Shown piece after piece: positions 40,366 through 53,389 of a DNA stretch of 64,000 nucleotides (positions are counted from its first letter, which is position 1; each line of letters starts with the position of its first letter). The position numbers and the translations under genes were made by a program. The notes under the pieces are model-generated. The model had not been told where the DNA came from. It saw only the letters and a program-made list of their open reading frames with translations, and did no database searches. The stretch comes from Hypanus sabinus (Eukaryota): contig NC_082714.1 of the NCBI RefSeq assembly GCF_030144855.1, positions 154,690,001 to 154,754,000 on the forward strand, in the 5' to 3' direction.

Positions 40366-41123
40366 ATCTTGGTCAGATCTATTACGCAAAGGGAACTTGA
40401 TCTGGTGAGGAAAAGTCCAGAGTAATCTGTAAACTTATTGACAATTCTTTACAGTGATATCAATTTAAACACAGAACAGTACAGCAGAGGAACAGGCCTT
40501 TTGTGCTGAACCAATTAAAATCAGTAATCAAATGGCCAACTGAACTAATCCCTTCTGCCTATACAATGTCCACGTCCCTCCATTTCCCTCACATTCATGT
40601 GCCTGTCTACAGAGCATAAAACAGTACAGCACAGGAACAGGCCCCTTGGAAGCATCTTCCCCTCAGTGAAATGGATTCAAGCAGAAAATAGTCAACTAAC
40701 TTGAGCTCCAACCCTGGTCGGGCTAAGTTAACCCAATATAGCTGTCTGACTGCAGGCTGGAATAGGCAAGGGTGGTAGAAGGTTCACTAATTCTCCCGTT
40801 GGCACATCAGCATTTCAGTTTGAATGAAGCAAAGCCAAGCACTGGGTTCTACTAGCTTAATTAGGAAGGAAAACAAATGGGCAAGCTCATTTGAATGTTC
40901 TTAAAAACAAAAGGTGAACTAAGCAGAAAGACAAGAGAAGGTCCCATATGATGTGTCCTTGTTGGAGTATGGACCAACTTTTTTTTTTATTTTGAACGAG
41001 CTACCTCAGAACAAAAAAGGCCAGCTAAAATGAAAACCGTGCGGCGGTGAGGTGCACAGTTTGCCCAAGGTTTATTGTTAATGCCATCTGACTGACCCAA
41101 ACTGCCCGGATTCCTGAAGTGGT

Positions 41124-41373
41124 TTAGTAGTTGTATTGGCGCCGGGGTGGCTGGTACACAAAGTTGCCGTGGAGTTTGGTCCGGCGATGGCGGCTCTCCC
41201 TCGCTAGGTTCTGCCTCTGGATCCGGTTGCGACTCAGCTGGCGTTTCTCAAACCGCTGTTTCGCCCGTTGGATGAAGAGGACCTGATTTGCCTTTTCCAA
41301 GATGCCCGTTCGCCCTAGCACTGCCGCAGGAGCCGGGGGTGCCCAGCGTTCCACCCTAGTCTGAGCTGTTGTT
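41124..41373 (-). CDS. TP53INP2: TP53INP2 terminal coding exon (...LSRNRIQRQNLARE...YQPPRRQYNY*)
   Basis: cccttttgtag| acceptor, phase 2; family C-terminus RQYNY-stop; total CDS 690 nt = 229 aa + stop. Confidence 0.93.
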
Positions 41374-43133
41374 CTACAAAAGGGAGCAAGAAGCCAAGTT
41401 TCATGAATCAGACTTCTAACACATTATTGTATCCACACTATTGTTTCCCTGTCAACATGCCGCATGTCTGTTGCATACTTAACCTGGAAATGAAGCACAA
41501 TAGAGTACAACCTCACTGTCCAGGGAAGCAATAGAGGCAACCTCATTAAATATACTTAAGACACAGTTATATTTTGTCTTGCATGGCAGAAGAATTGAGG
41601 GTTATGGGGAAAAGGCAAGCAGCTGGAACAGAGTCCATGGCCAGACCAGTCATGATCTTATTGAATAGTGGAACAGGCATGATGGGCCCAATAGCCTACC
41701 CATGCCTACTGATCTTCTAAAAGAGTCTGCCACATGTCTGCTTTTTTTTAAAATTTGATTTTTGATGACTGTTCAGTTCAGGTCAGAACTGAAGGAGTGC
41801 AGAAACTTCTATTTACTTAACGAGATACAGTGTGGGATAGGCCCTTCTAGATATATCCCAGCAACCCCTAATCACGAGACCATTTACAATGACCAATTAA
41901 CTTTATACATATTACACCTTTGGAATGTGGGAGGAAACCGGAGCACCCGGAGAAAACCCATGCATAGTACAGACTCCTCGCAGATGACATCAGAATTGAA
42001 CTCTGATGATCCGAGCTGTTGAAGGGACACGGGGCAACTGGGAGGAGGAGGGTAAGGAACTGAAGTTTGAAAGCAAGGATGACGTGTTACTTATCAGTAG
42101 GCCGCCGTCAACAAGTGACCAGAGGTCCAAATTCAGAATTAGAACAAAAACTGTGGAGTTGGGATCATATTGTCTCGTCTACAAGATAACAACAGCACTG
42201 TAACAAATCTTTGCTATTAAATTGGAAGAAAGCAGAGTAAAGCTCCAATAAATCCGTTATGTGACAGTTCGGCATCTGGCTGCCTCATTAGTCCAGAGTT
42301 CGAAAAGCTCCAATTACTGGGTTGCTTCCATTCCCTTGAAGCTGACAGCGCTCATCGTTTCCTGTTCGCCCCCTTTAAACTCACCCAATTCACAGGAAAC
42401 AATTATACTGCTATATCACTTGTACAAAACTATGTGGGGCTCACTCCGAATATCAGGAAAACCTGCGCATCAGGCGCGGTAGCATAGAGGGATTGAATTC
42501 CCGCTGTGTCTGTAAGGAAGTTGTGACTGTGTGGCTTTCCTCTGAGGCTCTGGTTTCCTCCCACGTTCCAAAGGCGTGCAGGTTAGGGTTCGTAAGTTGT
42601 GGCCATGCGGAAGTACTTGCGGGCACCCCCTGCACATAGACAGACAGTGTTGGTCATCGATGCAAAATGGCGCAAATCACTGTTACGTGTCAATGTACCT
42701 GTGACAAATAAAGCTCATCTTTTTAAGAATGAACTTTGCATTATGTACATTGAAACACAGTGAAATGTGTAGACCAATACAGACAGGACTCTGCTGGGAC
42801 AGTGCGCAAGTACTCGAGCAGGCCCACAGCTTACTAACCCTAACCTGTACATCTCTGGGAATGTGGGAGGAAGCTCATACAAGCACAGGGAGAACATGCA
42901 AACTTCTTACAGAACAGAGCCCTGACTGGTGATCACTTGCACTGCAGTAGCGTTAACTATCCGCTCTGTCACCATGCCAATGACAAGGGTGAAGAGTATC
43001 GGAGCGTTACTGTGTATTTAATCACCCTGAAAGGGGTGATTTAGTTAGTGTACGAGGAGGATAGGGGGTTTTCCATCTCATCGAACCCCCTCCCACCACA
43101 CGCCCTCACGCTAAAGCCCCAGACAGTTCTTAC

Positions 43134-43455
43134 CCAATGTTGATCTCGCTGACCTCCTCCAGGGTACTGGTGTTGATGTTGCTGTCGGCATAAACAGACA
43201 TGCTCGGGTGCTCAATGAGCAGATTTTCCAAGGGGCTACTCTCCACCTGGATATCATCCTGGCCTTCTGCAGTAAAACAGGGGGGAGGGGTGACAAACCA
43301 ACTCTCTTCCAACGTGCCGGCCGAAGACCGGGCAGGACTGGAGTCACTGCCGCGAGAAAGAGACTCAAGAGAAGAAGGGGCCAGTGGAGGAGGGGTGTCG
43401 TCAGGCACGGTAGAGTTTGCCTTCACTTCTTCGCTTGAGGGGGTAATGCAAGCAT
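43134..43455 (-). CDS. TP53INP2: TP53INP2 second coding exon (EESWFVTPPPCFTAEG...SPLENLLIEHPSMSVY)
   Basis: Diagnostic DOR-family block. Acceptor ccag|AT at 43456/43455 (in-frame alternative aag| 12 nt upstream); donor GG|gtaag, phase 1-2. Confidence 0.93.
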
Positions 43456-44436
43456 CTGGATTCACAACTTGCAGGTACGGGTAGGAGGGGCATAGTGTCA
43501 TCCAATGGTGGGCATGGTGGTCGTAACAAGTTGGTGCGAGAGAATCAAAAGAATTTGGTTGAAAGGGTTTGAAGGGAAAATTAGGGAGAGGGTGAAAAAA
43601 AAATAAAAAGACTGATTAGTCATTTTACCCCATAATGACAGGTCCAGCATTCCTTTTTAAAGTCCATTAAGAGCAAACGGCTCAAGAATAATTTGCTCCA
43701 AAGGACAACTCCCTTTTGCACACACAAGAGATTCCGCAAATGTTGGAAATCCAGAGTAACACATACAAAATGCCGGAGGAATCCAGCAAGCTATGTGGTG
43801 CCTGTAGAGAGAAATAAATAGACAATGTTTTGGGCGAGACTCTTTTCGGGACTGGAAAGGAAGGGGGTGGTGGGGGGGGGTTGCTGGTGGGAAGGAAGGT
43901 AACAAGCTAAAATGTGATTGGTGAAAAGCCAGGTGAGGGGGGCTGAAGTAAGAAGCTGAAAAGTGATAGGTGGATAGGTGATAGGTAGGTTCCCTTTTGA
44001 GGAGAGAAGAAATAACATCTCATGCAAACTACACCGGGCAGAGAACTGGTGCACACGTTATCTGGGGTGACTTTCTCCAGCCCAACTTTCCATTACTAAT
44101 GGCAAGATATCACCTCCTAAAAGTTTAAAACACCATTACGATAAACACAAACTGCACTCTCTTTGCAGGGAGTGGTTTCACCTCCAGCTAAAGGCAAACT
44201 TAGGAATCAAAAGAAATTCGTAGAATTATCCTGAAGAGTATTTCTCTGATAATTAATGTGTGTTGCTCTCTGAAGTAGGGCACTTCAAAGCCACAGCAAC
44301 TACGGTGATGTTAACTGCTAAAGGTAATTGTGTGCAGCTTCAGAGTTAATCGCCGTTACACTCAAATATAAGGACGAAATACAGGTCAAGCTGTAAAGCA
44401 AATTTCATGCCATCAGGTTCAGCCAATTCCAAAGCA

Positions 44437-44680
44437 ACACACACAAAACACTGGAGGAACTCAGCAAGTCAGGCAGCATCTACAGAAATTAACAAACGGT
44501 CAGTATTTTGGGAGAGACCCTTTATCACGTCCTGATGAAGGGTCTCAGTCTGAAACATCGACTGTTTATTCTTTTCCGTAGTCCTGATGAAGGGTCTTGG
44601 CTTGATTGTCAACTGTTTATTCCCATCCACAGATCCCGTCTGACTTGTCAAGTTCCTCCAGCATTTTGTTTGTGTTGCTC
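44437..44680. mobile_element. Fold-back Penelope-derived element with three hammerhead-like motifs
   Basis: Arms are reverse complements (ctggaggaact...cagcatct / ...agttcctccagcattttg). CTGATGA at 44532 and 44584, GAAAC-ATC at 44552; degenerate antisense copy at 44496-44529. Confidence 0.8.
44529..44565 (+). ncRNA. Minimal type I hammerhead ribozyme-like motif (core intact, stems partly decayed)
   Basis: gtc-c-CTGATGA-a-gggt-ctca-gtct-GAAA-c-ATC-gac. Confidence 0.6.
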
Positions 44681-45935
44681 AGTCAATCCTAAATAATGCA
44701 ACTTCTACATTTACAAGTGACCATGCAAAGTACAGGAAATTTATTATCAAAGTGTGCATATGTCACCATAAAAACCCTGTGATTCATTTTCCTGAAGGTA
44801 TTGTGGGGGGGGGGGGGGGGAATACAATACAATTTATGAAAAACTACACACAAAGACTGACGAATAACCAATGTGCAAAAGACAAACAGTGCAAGTACAA
44901 AGGATAATGCTAAGAACTAGTTGTAAAGTCCTTGAAAGTAAGCCTGTCTGTTGTAGAATCAGTTCAGAGTTGTGGTGATTGAAATTATCCACACTGGCTC
45001 AGGAGCTTCCTGACTGCTCCCAAATCTGGTGGTGTGGGACCCAAGGTTCCTGTAACTAACTCCTTCCTGATTGAAGTGGCGAGAAGAGAGCATGGTCTGG
45101 ATGGTGGGTGAACTGCACTGGATTGATTGCAAGAATGCGACCGTTTGATCGCACTGGGAATTAACTGGGCCTCCTACGTGTGGAGGGATCTCACTCTCCC
45201 TCTTCTGGGTGCGGGCTTTTGCGTGAGCACGTTTCCTTTCCCTGAGCCCAGTTCGTCGCTCCCACACTGTTGCCTAGCAGGCACTGCTTTACTAACGTGA
45301 CTCAGTGTAGACGTTTAATCCGACTACTCTGCTGTTGTCCTTGCACCACACTTACATAACAGTGGGGGTCTTTGATGATGGATGCTGCTTTTAATGTGGT
45401 ATATATGGATAGTCGAGGAACTCCCGCTGAGGGAGTCAGAGGGAGAAGTAATTTCTCCAGTGCAGTTGCTCTAACATTAAACCAGGGTGACAAGGAGGCC
45501 AAGGACAGCCTTACAGAGTTCTATAAACGAGAGACATCAATAAGCTGAATGGTCACCATCTTTTCCACAGGGTACAGGAGTCCAAAACTAGAGGGCACAT
45601 GTTTAAATTAGGAGATAACAGAGCTAAAGAAACCCAAAGGGCATCTTTTTCCACACAGAGGATGGTGAGTATATGGATTGAGCTATGAAGCAGTAGAGGT
45701 GGGTACAACTATAACATTTAAAGGACATTTAGATAGTCACATACAGGGAAGGTTTAGAGTAATATAGACCAAATGCAGGCAAAAGGAACAGCTCAGGTGG
45801 ACAACTTGGTTGGCATGGATGAGTTGGGTGCAGCTCTGGGACTGTTGATTACGTGTACAATTTAGAAACAACCAGACAATGGAAATGCAAGGACCTGCCC
45901 TTCACTTTGCTCCTGTTTCTTGGGCATAACTATAA

Positions 45936-46013
45936 CAGGGGTTCCCAACTTCTTTAAGCTATGGAGCTTTACCATCAACTGACGGGTCCATGGACCCCAA
46001 GGTGGGAACCCTT
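45936..46013. mobile_element. Tiny hAT MITE, same family as 37988 (another copy at ~52509-52558)
   Basis: caggggttcccaac...gtgggaacccttg terminal repeats. Confidence 0.7.
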
Positions 46014-48719
46014 GCTCTTGACGATAACAGGTCTCCAGCAAGCTCTGCAATCATTGGCCTCCCCAGATATCTTCGACAACTGTTATGTAGAACACTCAAG
46101 GTCATAGACTGAAATGAGTTGGGTTCACTGACCCCCCCCCCTCCCTTACTGTTCAGTTGAACTCAATGGAAACTTAAGTGGAGAGGTAAAGGAACTCCAA
46201 ATAAGTTAAAAGTAAAGAAGTGCTTAAAAACCAACAAGGTTACTGTGACATTCTACACCCTAGCCTCACACATCTCATTACTTCTTGGCTTCAATATAAA
46301 ATATTATCAGCTGTTATTCCAGAGAGCAGATGACCTCGCCATGAATCTAGGGCGGGTTGAATGGACATTATCAAGACCAGAAGACGTAGGAGCATAATCA
46401 GGCCATTCAGCCCATCGAGTCTGCTGTGCCACTTCATCATGGCTGATCCATTCCCCTCGCAACCCTATTCTCCTGCCTTTTCCCCATAACCTTTCATACC
46501 CTTACTAACCAAGAACCCATCAACCTCTGCTTTAAATATACCCCATGACGGCTTCCACAGCTGCCTCTGGCAATGAATTCCACAGATTCACCACTCTGGC
46601 CACAGAAATTCCTCCTCACCTCCGTTCTAATGGAGGTCTCTCTATTCTGAGGGTGTGCCCTCTAGTTCTGGACTCCCCAACCATCTAGGATTAGTGTGAC
46701 CAATGAACAGAAGATTTTTTTTGTGAAATTTTAAAAGATTTTATGGGAAATAAAATCTACAAAATGTTTATTTGCTTTAATGGTTTATTTAATAATTAAA
46801 GTTCATCTGAAAGGAAGTATTTAATAAATCAGTTAAAGCACAAGAGACAGTCAAGATGGAGGAACCCTATCAAATGGGTATTCATTTGGAGATACCTACC
46901 TCAGTGGGTTCATTCACCTCCAAAGATTTCAACTCCCTGAGCAGAGATTTAGCAGCAGAAACTTTACTCTGAGTAAGCACATTTAGAAATTAAATATTTT
47001 AGAAACAGAACAGTACAAGCCCTTTTGGTCCATGATGATTTTAACCCGCTTCAACATCAACTAAATCCTTTCCTCCCTCAAACACACATGGCAAAAGTAA
47101 AGTGGAGGGCTATCTAAGCAGTCTTAAATAAGACCATGATACCTTAAGATATAGGTGCATATTTGGCCATTTGGCCCATTAAGTCTGTTCCCCAATGTAT
47201 CTGCCTCTACCTCCAACTGTTGACATTTTGGGTACAAAACCTGCAACACGATGGGTTGAGTGAATGAAGGCTTTTCTCTTAGGAGGGACTGGGGAATAGA
47301 GCTAATTTGATAGAGATGTTCAAGATGATAAGAGGCACAGAGTGGACAGCCAGCGCTCTCTCCCCAGGGTAAAATGGCTACTACAAAAGGGGTAACTACA
47401 AGGTGTTTGGAGACAAGTATCGGAGGTAGGTTTTCCTCATACAGCATGGCAAATGCGTGGAATGCACTGCCAAGGGTGGGTAGAGGCAGACACATTAGGG
47501 GCATTCATGGGACTACATTTCATCAGGACAAGATCCTGACCCACTAGGCCCATCTCTCCAAACTCCAGCATGTGCAGTCTCTCGTGTTTCCAATTTACCG
47601 TTGCGTAGGGCTGGCTAGGATAAGAGGAGGAGAAACTTCAAACAGCGGATGGTGAATTCTCTCCTCAAGGCATGAGGAGACTCCATCATTGCATTCACTC
47701 AAAGTAACAGACAGATTCTTTGAAGGAATAAGGTACAGCCCAAGACAGAAAAATCTGTTATGTCCAGGTTGGTAAGTCAATGCCACCAAAGAATGAGGGA
47801 GGGGTTCCCATTGAAACCTGCCGAATATTGAAATCCCTAGATACAGAGGATGTGGAGAGGATACTTCCTATATGGCAGAGTCTAGGGCCAGAGGGCACAG
47901 CTTCAGAAAACAGGACAAGAGATGAGGAAGAATTTCTTTTGCCAGAGAAGATGAATCTGTAGAGGGCCAGGTCACTGGGGATATTTGAAGTGAGGGTTGA
48001 TAGGTTCTTGATTCGTAAGGGTGCCAAAGATTATGGAAAAGAAGCAGGAGAATGGTGTGAGGGGGATACTAAATCAGCCATGATGGAATGGCAGAACAGA
48101 ATTGACGGACCAAATGGCCTGATTCTGCTTCTACGTCTTATGGTCTGATAAGATTGATGTAAATGAGTACTTAATGTTATTTCTAAATTAACACCAGAGC
48201 AAATTCAAGAAATTTAGGTAGGCAAGCTGGCCCCTTTTCTTATGTTCTTATCTAGCGGCGTATAAGCCCCGAGGTCAAATTACTCTCTGAACCCTTCTCG
48301 ATATAGTACATCAGGCAGCACTTTCTAACCATTGTCACGTTGTCACAATACTTCCCTCTAGTCACCAGCTCACCAATGTAGCAGCTGACCCAAGGGCTGA
48401 ACAGGAACACAAATACTAGCATCCTGATAGCAGAATACAGAGATAAAGGAGCAATTAGAAAAGCTCTATAAACAAACAGAGAACTTGAAGGTGCCCATCT
48501 GGGACTCGGAATAATTCAGTTCTATTCTGGATCCAATCTTTCACATGACTCTACTACCTACCACCTCACTTGGACCGGAAGAAACAGGACAAAAATTCAG
48601 CCTACCAAGCCTGCTCTGCCGAACCATCGTGGCATATTTTTCCGAGTTCAGAGCTGTGATAAGTTATCCAAGCTGATTCAAGAGCCTGATGGTTGTGGGG
48701 TAATAGTTGCTCTAAACTT

Positions 48720-49512
48720 ATTATATTTTTTATTAAATTTTTAAAATTACATTAAATGAATAGAATAATAGAATACTGAAAATTAATATTAGCCCTCCCC
48801 CTCCCCCTAACCTTTCCCCCCTTAACATCCCTGTCAAAAAAAAAGAAAAAAGGAAAAAAAAGAAAGAAGAAAGAAGGATTGCCTGGATATCGGAGGATCC
48901 CCACATGCTCCATGGAGTTCAAAATAACGTCAGTATAGATCTTTATTTTTTTCCCCAATTAACTAATAATTTAATCTTCAAAGGACGTATATATATATTT
49001 AATCCTATCTTTTGTAGATAGGAGTGACAAATTTTCAAAAATATATCATTTCTTAAATTATAAGTAATTTTTTCAAGTGGAATGCAGCTAAAAATTTCAT
49101 TCTTCCAACGATCTATACTTAAGTATGAATCCAATTTCCAAGTAACTGCAATAGCCTTTTTGGCTACTGCCAATGCAATTTTTATAAATTTTTTCTGATA
49201 TTTATTCAATTTAGGTTTCGGTATTATCCCTTCAATATCGCCTAATAAAAATAATATTGGGCTATGTGGTTAATAATTCAGAAGAACAGAAAGGATTAGA
49301 TATGCCCTTTACATTAAAAGAGGTTGAAGAAGCTTTAGGATCACTTCAGGGTAATAAGTCTCCAGGAGAAAACTGTTTTCCGCCTGAATTTTATAAAAAA
49401 TTTAAAGATTTATTAATCCCTCCCTTTATGGAGTTAATATATCAAGCCAAAAGAACACATAAACTTCCACAATCTTTTTCGACAGCGATCCTAATAGTAT
49501 TGCCAAAAAAAG
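48720..49512 (-). mobile_element. 5'-truncated, 5'-inverted L1-clade LINE with 17-bp TSD, inserted in a Rex1-like element
   Basis: Minus-strand ORF2 C-terminus (IALAVAKKAIAVTWK...EKITY) and A-rich tail at left; plus-strand ORF2 piece (PFTLKEVEEAL...KSPG...FPPEFYKKF) at 49260-49512; TSD atagttgct(c)[t/c]aaactt at 48703-19 / 49513-29. Confidence 0.88.
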
Positions 49513-49915
49513 ATAGTTGCTCCAAACTTGGTGGTGTGGGACCTGAGGCTCCTGTACCTCCTACCTGATGGTGGCAGAGAGAAGAGAGCATGACCTGGGT
49601 GGTGGGGTCCTTGATGACGGATGCTGCTTTCTTGTGGCAGCGTTCCATGTAAATGTGGTCAGTGGTGGGGTGGGCTTTGCCTGTGATGGATTGGGCCGTG
49701 TCCATCACTGTATGTAGACTTTTCCATTCCTGGGCATTGGTATTTCCACAAGAGGCCATGATGCAACCAGTCAGGATACTCTTCACCGTGCCTCCAGAGA
49801 AGTTTGTCAAAGTTTTCAGTGACATGCTGAATCTACACGAATTTCTAAGGAAGCAGGGGTGCTGATGTGCCTCCTTTCTGATGGCACGTGCACGCTGCTC
49901 CCAGGACAGATCCTC
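49513..49915 (-). mobile_element. Rex1/Babar-like LINE 3' fragment (continues at ~48675-48719)
   Basis: FLRNSCRFSMSLKTLTNF...SILTGCI...KKAASVIKDPT, typical Rex1 C-terminus. Confidence 0.8.
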
Positions 49916-51230
49916 TGGTCCAATAATGCCACGGGCACATGGGAGAGAAGTGATTGCAATCCAGCAGCAAAACAGAGTGATGGATGGCGCGATCTCCCAG
50001 GTCACTGGTCAACTGGTGACCTCCCGTGCACCAGTAAGGGGTGAAAGGTTACTGAGAGTCATCAGGGCTGCAGAGACGAGACTACAATCAGTTCCACAAT
50101 TGAATGGCACAGTAGCTTTGAGCACAGGAGCAATGACCTCTCGCCAATTTGTAGCCAGGCTCATATTGAACAGCTGGCGGGTTCAGGAAGTTCCACGAAA
50201 CCGGTCAGGTATTGAAAGGTCTAGATACAGTGGGGGTTCCCTATTGTGGGGGAGTTTCAGACCAGAGGATACATCCTCAGAACTTTAGAACAAAGATGAG
50301 GAGACTTTTTTTTAGCCAGATGGTAGTGGAGGCCAAGTCAGAGGGTATACTTAAAGCAGAGGTTAATAGGTTCTTAGTTAGTAAGGGTGTCAAAGGTTAC
50401 AGGGAAAAGACAGGAGAATGTAGTTGAGGGGGTTAGTAAATCAGCCAAGACAGAATGGTGGAGCAGACTCGATGGGCCAGGTAGCCCAATTCTGCTCCTA
50501 TATCTTTTGATTATTACCTTTTTCTGAACCCTCCTCATTCCAGATTATCAGCAGCTATTTTACTTGCAGCCATTTCAAACAGTTCATAGGCTGCAGCTGA
50601 GAGAGAGAGAGGGGGACTTGTTCTCGGGCCCTGCAGGAATCAGCAGCACTTCCACTGCACACCTGTAGGGGGCAGATGTTCACCATAACCCAATGACCAA
50701 GGAGATCCAATACTGGCTTTTGGCAGCAGTAAACCCCTTCGTTAAAAGATAACATTTAATCTGCGTTTAGAGGGAAAAATATTTACTTTATTTATTCAGA
50801 GATGCAGCATAGAATAGGCCCTTCTGACCTAATGATCCACTCGCCCTGCAGCCCACTTATTTAACCCTAGCCTAATCACAGCTTAGAATGATTAATGTCT
50901 TTGGGCTGTGGGAGGAAACTGGAGCACCTGGAGGAAACCCACACATTCACGGAGGGAGTGCAAACTCCTTCGGCGCCAGATTTCAACTCCAAACTCTGGA
51001 ACGTGGAAAAGGGAATCAGTGGGACTGAATATCTGCATCCAGAGGGGTTGGCATATATATCACCTCCTCCTGGGTCTGTGTCTCCATCCCTTTCTCCTAT
51101 TGTCCACTCTCCTCTCCTATCAGATTCCTTCTTCTCCAGCCATTTATCTTTCTAACTCACCTGACTTTCCAGGGAGCCTCCTTCCCCTACCCTCACTTTT
51201 TTTATTTTGGCATCTTCCCCCTTCCTTCTC

Positions 51231-51267
51231 ATTCCTGAAGAAGGGTCTCGGCCTGAAAGATCGACTG
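51231..51267 (+). ncRNA. Minimal type I hammerhead ribozyme-like motif in a Penelope-derived tail (~51040-51330)
   Basis: CTGAAGA-a-gggt-ctcg-gcct-GAAA-g-ATC-gactg. Confidence 0.55.
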
Positions 51268-53389
51268 CCTATTCATTTCTACAAATGCTGCCTGGCCTGC
51301 CTCTTTCCTCCACATGTTGTGTGTTTTACTCTAGTTCCCGCATCCGTGCACTTTCTCACATTTAAATAGTGTTGGGCCAAATGGTCAGCTCTGCACAATA
51401 TTTTGTACACAATATCCCTTCTAGCTACAAGCAGCTGGAACAAGTGACTAGATCTAGTGCCATTGCTTGCAAAGTAAGAGCCCAAGGGACAGTGCAGTCT
51501 GTTACAAACAGTTCATTCTAAAGCACAAGACCAGGAAGGAAACAGCTGGAGAATTAGTCATCAGAACAGCAAGGTAAAGGGGTACATTTCCCATGGGCAG
51601 ATTTCACCCTCGGGGACAACTGGATTATTTAGAGATACAGCGTGGTCAGGCTCTTTTGTCCCTGCAGCCCAGCCTAACCACAGGACAATTTCCAACAATC
51701 AATTGAACTTCTAACTAGTATTCTTCGGACTGTGGGAAGACACCCGTGCACACACAGGGAAGGAACGCACGTGCTCGCTTATAGAGGATGCTGGAATTGA
51801 ACTCGAAACACTTAACGCCCCGCTATGCTGCCATGGTGCCGGGAGGGGAAGGGTGAGGTGGGATAAAGTATTATTCCTTCTGTGACACTGTTAACACGGG
51901 GCAGACCCACTGGGGCGAAGCACATGCAAGTTTAAGTTGTATTCAACCATCCACATGTATGCAGCCAAATGAAACAGTGTTCCTCTGGGGCCAAGGTACA
52001 AAACATAGCACCAACAGTCACACACAGCACAAGGCCCATATTATTACAATACATGTAAAACATAGTCACACAAAAAAAGGCCAAGTCTGAGTGTCGTGAG
52101 CTACAGCTTGACAAATTCCAAACGCAATCCAAAGCACTGTGTATTGACAGACCAGTATTTAGATCATTCCCACCAACAAGCAGTCATGAACATACTGCCA
52201 TGAGTACCCATTCAGAGCAGGCACCTTCCCATCACATTAAACCAGGGCGTGAGACCAGCTCCCAGTATATTCACTTTCAGTTCTCTTTTTTTAAAAACAC
52301 AGAAAATTGATGCGACAGAGCTTTACATCCCAATGCTTGTGCAAGGTCTTTGGTGAGGAGCCATGTTTTTCCTGAAGATATCCCAGTTTCTGCCTCTTCC
52401 TTCAGGACAATCCATAAAGCCTAACTCTCCAACCAAACTCATCCTTGTTGACCAAGACGACCCCTTAAGCTACCCTCATTCACACTTTTGACCCATATTC
52501 TCCTAAAGCAGGGGTTTGGTATTGGTCCATGGCATTAAAAAAAAGTTGGAAACCCCTGCCCTACATCTTTCCTATGTACCTGTCCAAATGTCCTCTAAAT
52601 ATCATTATAGTACCCACCTCTGCTCTTCCCCTAGATGGGGAGGACTCAAGAGTTAGATTAAGCAACACCACAGGTTTCTACTGAACATTACCCTTCAAGA
52701 AGATGAGTTTCTACTTGTAGAGCACCAAACTTCACAACCTTTCTCACTCTTACTGTTTCCACATACCCTACTGAGGAAAAGATGGGTAATCAAAGAAGTC
52801 ATCAAAAAATCACACAGCATCTTGGTGTCAAGGATTTTTTGGAAGTTTGGATTTGATTTGGACTTGGATATATTTGTGGTGATAACAAGTGATTTTTGTG
52901 CTTTATTACATCATAAGATATAGGAGCAGAATTAGGCCATTTTATTATATAAGGAGTAAATGAGAGATGAGAGTGGATATAACTGGAAAGAGACACAGGA
53001 GAGGTAGTAATGGTGGACAGGGAAAGAACAGATGTATCTATGTAACAGTTTCTTCCACCAAGCCATCAGATTCCTCAATACCCAGAGCCTGGACTGACAC
53101 CAACTTACTGCCCTCTACTGTGCGTATTGTCTTGTTTATTATTTATTGTAATGCCTGCACTGTTTTGTGCACTTTATGCAGTCCTGGGTAGGTCTGTAGT
53201 CTAGTATAGCTTTCTCTGTGTTGTTTTTTTATGTAGTTCAGTCTAGTTTTTGTACTGTGTCATGTAACACCATGGTCCTGAAAAATGTCTCGTTTTTACT
53301 GTGTACTGTACCAGCAGTTATGGTCGAAATGACAATAAAAAGTGACTTGACTTGTATCTAATAAACATTTTGTGTCTGTCATCACAAGC

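Larger units (their letters stand above)
36995..41123 (-). other. TP53INP2: Putative long 3'UTR of TP53INP2
   Basis: Mostly unique AU-rich sequence after the stop. Candidate minus-strand AATAAA at 36995-37000 and ~37417-37427; true end not determinable. Confidence 0.5.
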
